From: Alphaproteobacteria bacterium
Lineage (GTDB): Bacteria; Pseudomonadota; Alphaproteobacteria; GCA-2731375
Direction of reading: 5' to 3'
Assembly (NCBI GenBank): GCA_965225945.1
Contig: CBDDBZ010000029.1
Span: 1-64,000, forward strand
DNA: 64,000 bases
This document shows, piece after piece, positions 63,003 through 64,000 of this stretch (the stretch's first letter is position 1; each line of letters starts with the position of its first letter). A program made the position numbers and the translations under genes. The notes under the pieces were generated by a model. It worked only from the letters and a program-made list of their open reading frames with translations. It did not search any database and was not told where the DNA came from.

Positions 63003-63826
63003 AACCGATGGTCTTCGACTACCTTCGCGCCGAATCGCTGGCCGAAGCGCTCGATGCGCTGCACCAAGACGGCGAGGATGCCCGCCTCCTCGCCGGCGGG
63101 CAATCGCTCATCGCCATGCTCAACTTGCGGCTGGCCGAGCCCGCGATCCTGATCGATATTTCACGGCTCGCCTCGCTTGCCTACGTCCGCGAGGATGGCG
63201 CCATGATCGAGGTCGGCGCCGCCACCACGCAGGCCGAACTGCAACGCTGGCCCGAGCTGTCCGAGAAAGTTCCGCTGCTCGCCATGGTGCTACCCCATGT
63301 CGGGCACTACCAGACCCGGAACAAGGGCACGGTCTGCGGCTCCATCGCCCATGCCGACCCGAGCTCCGAACTGCCCTTGGCTCTGGCGCTCTTGGGCGGC
63401 GAAGTGGTCCTGCGCTCGGCCCGAGGCCGACGCATCCTGCCCGCCGCCGAATTTCAGACCGGCATGTTGTCGACCGCGCGGCGGGCGGATGAAATCGTCG
63501 TTGCCGTCCGCTTCCCTCGTGGTCGAGCGGGCGAGGGCTTCGCCTTTACCGAAATGACCCGGCGCCATGGCGATCTGGCCATCGTCGCGGTGGCCGCCAA
63601 GGCGACGGGCGCGAGCGTGCACGTCGCTATCGGCGGCGTCGCCGACCGGCCCACGGTACGCGAGCTACCCGCCGTGGCCGATGGCGGCTGGGACGACGCC
63701 CTGAACGCGCTCGCATGGGAGCTCGACGCCGTCGACGACATTCACGCCACGGCGCGCTATCGCCGCGAGTTGGTGCGCCGTCTCGGCCGCCGCATGATCG
63801 ACGAGGCGCTGTCATGGCGAAACTGA
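62999..63826 (+). CDS. Molybdenum hydroxylase FAD-binding subunit
   Basis: LAGGQSL, QTRNKGTVCGSIAHADP; GTGA overlap with the upstream gene. Confidence 0.93.
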   Translation: MKPMVFDYLRAESLAEALDALHQDGEDARLLAGGQSLIAMLNLRLAEPAILIDISRLASLAYVREDGAMIEVGAATTQAELQRWPELSEKVPLLAMVLPHVGHYQTRNKGTVCGSIAHADPSSELPLALALLGGEVVLRSARGRRILPAAEFQTGMLSTARRADEIVVAVRFPRGRAGEGFAFTEMTRRHGDLAIVAVAAKATGASVHVAIGGVADRPTVRELPAVADGGWDDALNALAWELDAVDDIHATARYRRELVRRLGRRMIDEALSWRN

Positions 63827-64000
63827 GTGGCTCGCAAACTCACCCGATCACCGTCGAGTTGAATGGGGCGCGGGCCACCGGATGGGCCGAGCCGCGCATG
63901 CTGCTCTCCGATTTCCTGCGCGAACGGCTGGGGGCGAGCGGAACTCATGTCGGCTGCGAGCAGGGCGTCTGTGGCGCCTGCACCGTGCGGGTCGATGGCG
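63814..64000 (+). CDS. Molybdenum hydroxylase 2Fe-2S subunit (runs off the window end)
   Basis: EPRMLLSDFLR...THVGCEQGVCGACTV. Confidence 0.92.
   Translation, partial: MAKLSGSQTHPITVELNGARATGWAEPRMLLSDFLRERLGASGTHVGCEQGVCGACTVRVDG

Overview
High-GC alphaproteobacterial chromosome segment (Rhodospirillales-like by gene content; inference). Housekeeping genes include dnaK-dnaJ-dapB, tadA/pseudouridine synthase/rsmD, dnaA, rpsT, a two-domain cold-shock protein and cinA. Catabolic genes include a thiolase, acyl-CoA dehydrogenase, benzoate-CoA ligase, three SDRs, an OYE-family flavoenzyme and a HmfABC-like molybdenum hydroxylase cut by the window end. An aprM-aprB-aprA-sat sulfite-oxidation operon sits directly behind a 32-codon stub resembling the SoeA N-terminus. 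Mobile-element load is heavy: two IS21 copies, two IS630 copies, an IS66 stub, two IS1595 elements, a transposase-less IS1595-derived cassette with a passenger gene inside a hybrid histidine kinase, an IS3/IS481-like element with a 14-bp target duplication, and two group II introns fused tail-to-tail. One intron is interrupted by an IS110/IS1111 element whose downstream non-coding region has guide segments matching both its insertion site and its own ends (candidate bridge/seek RNA). Many genes are frameshifted or truncated, several by short tandem duplications. No tRNA, rRNA or CRISPR array was seen. All family calls are by eye from motifs; no database searches were run.
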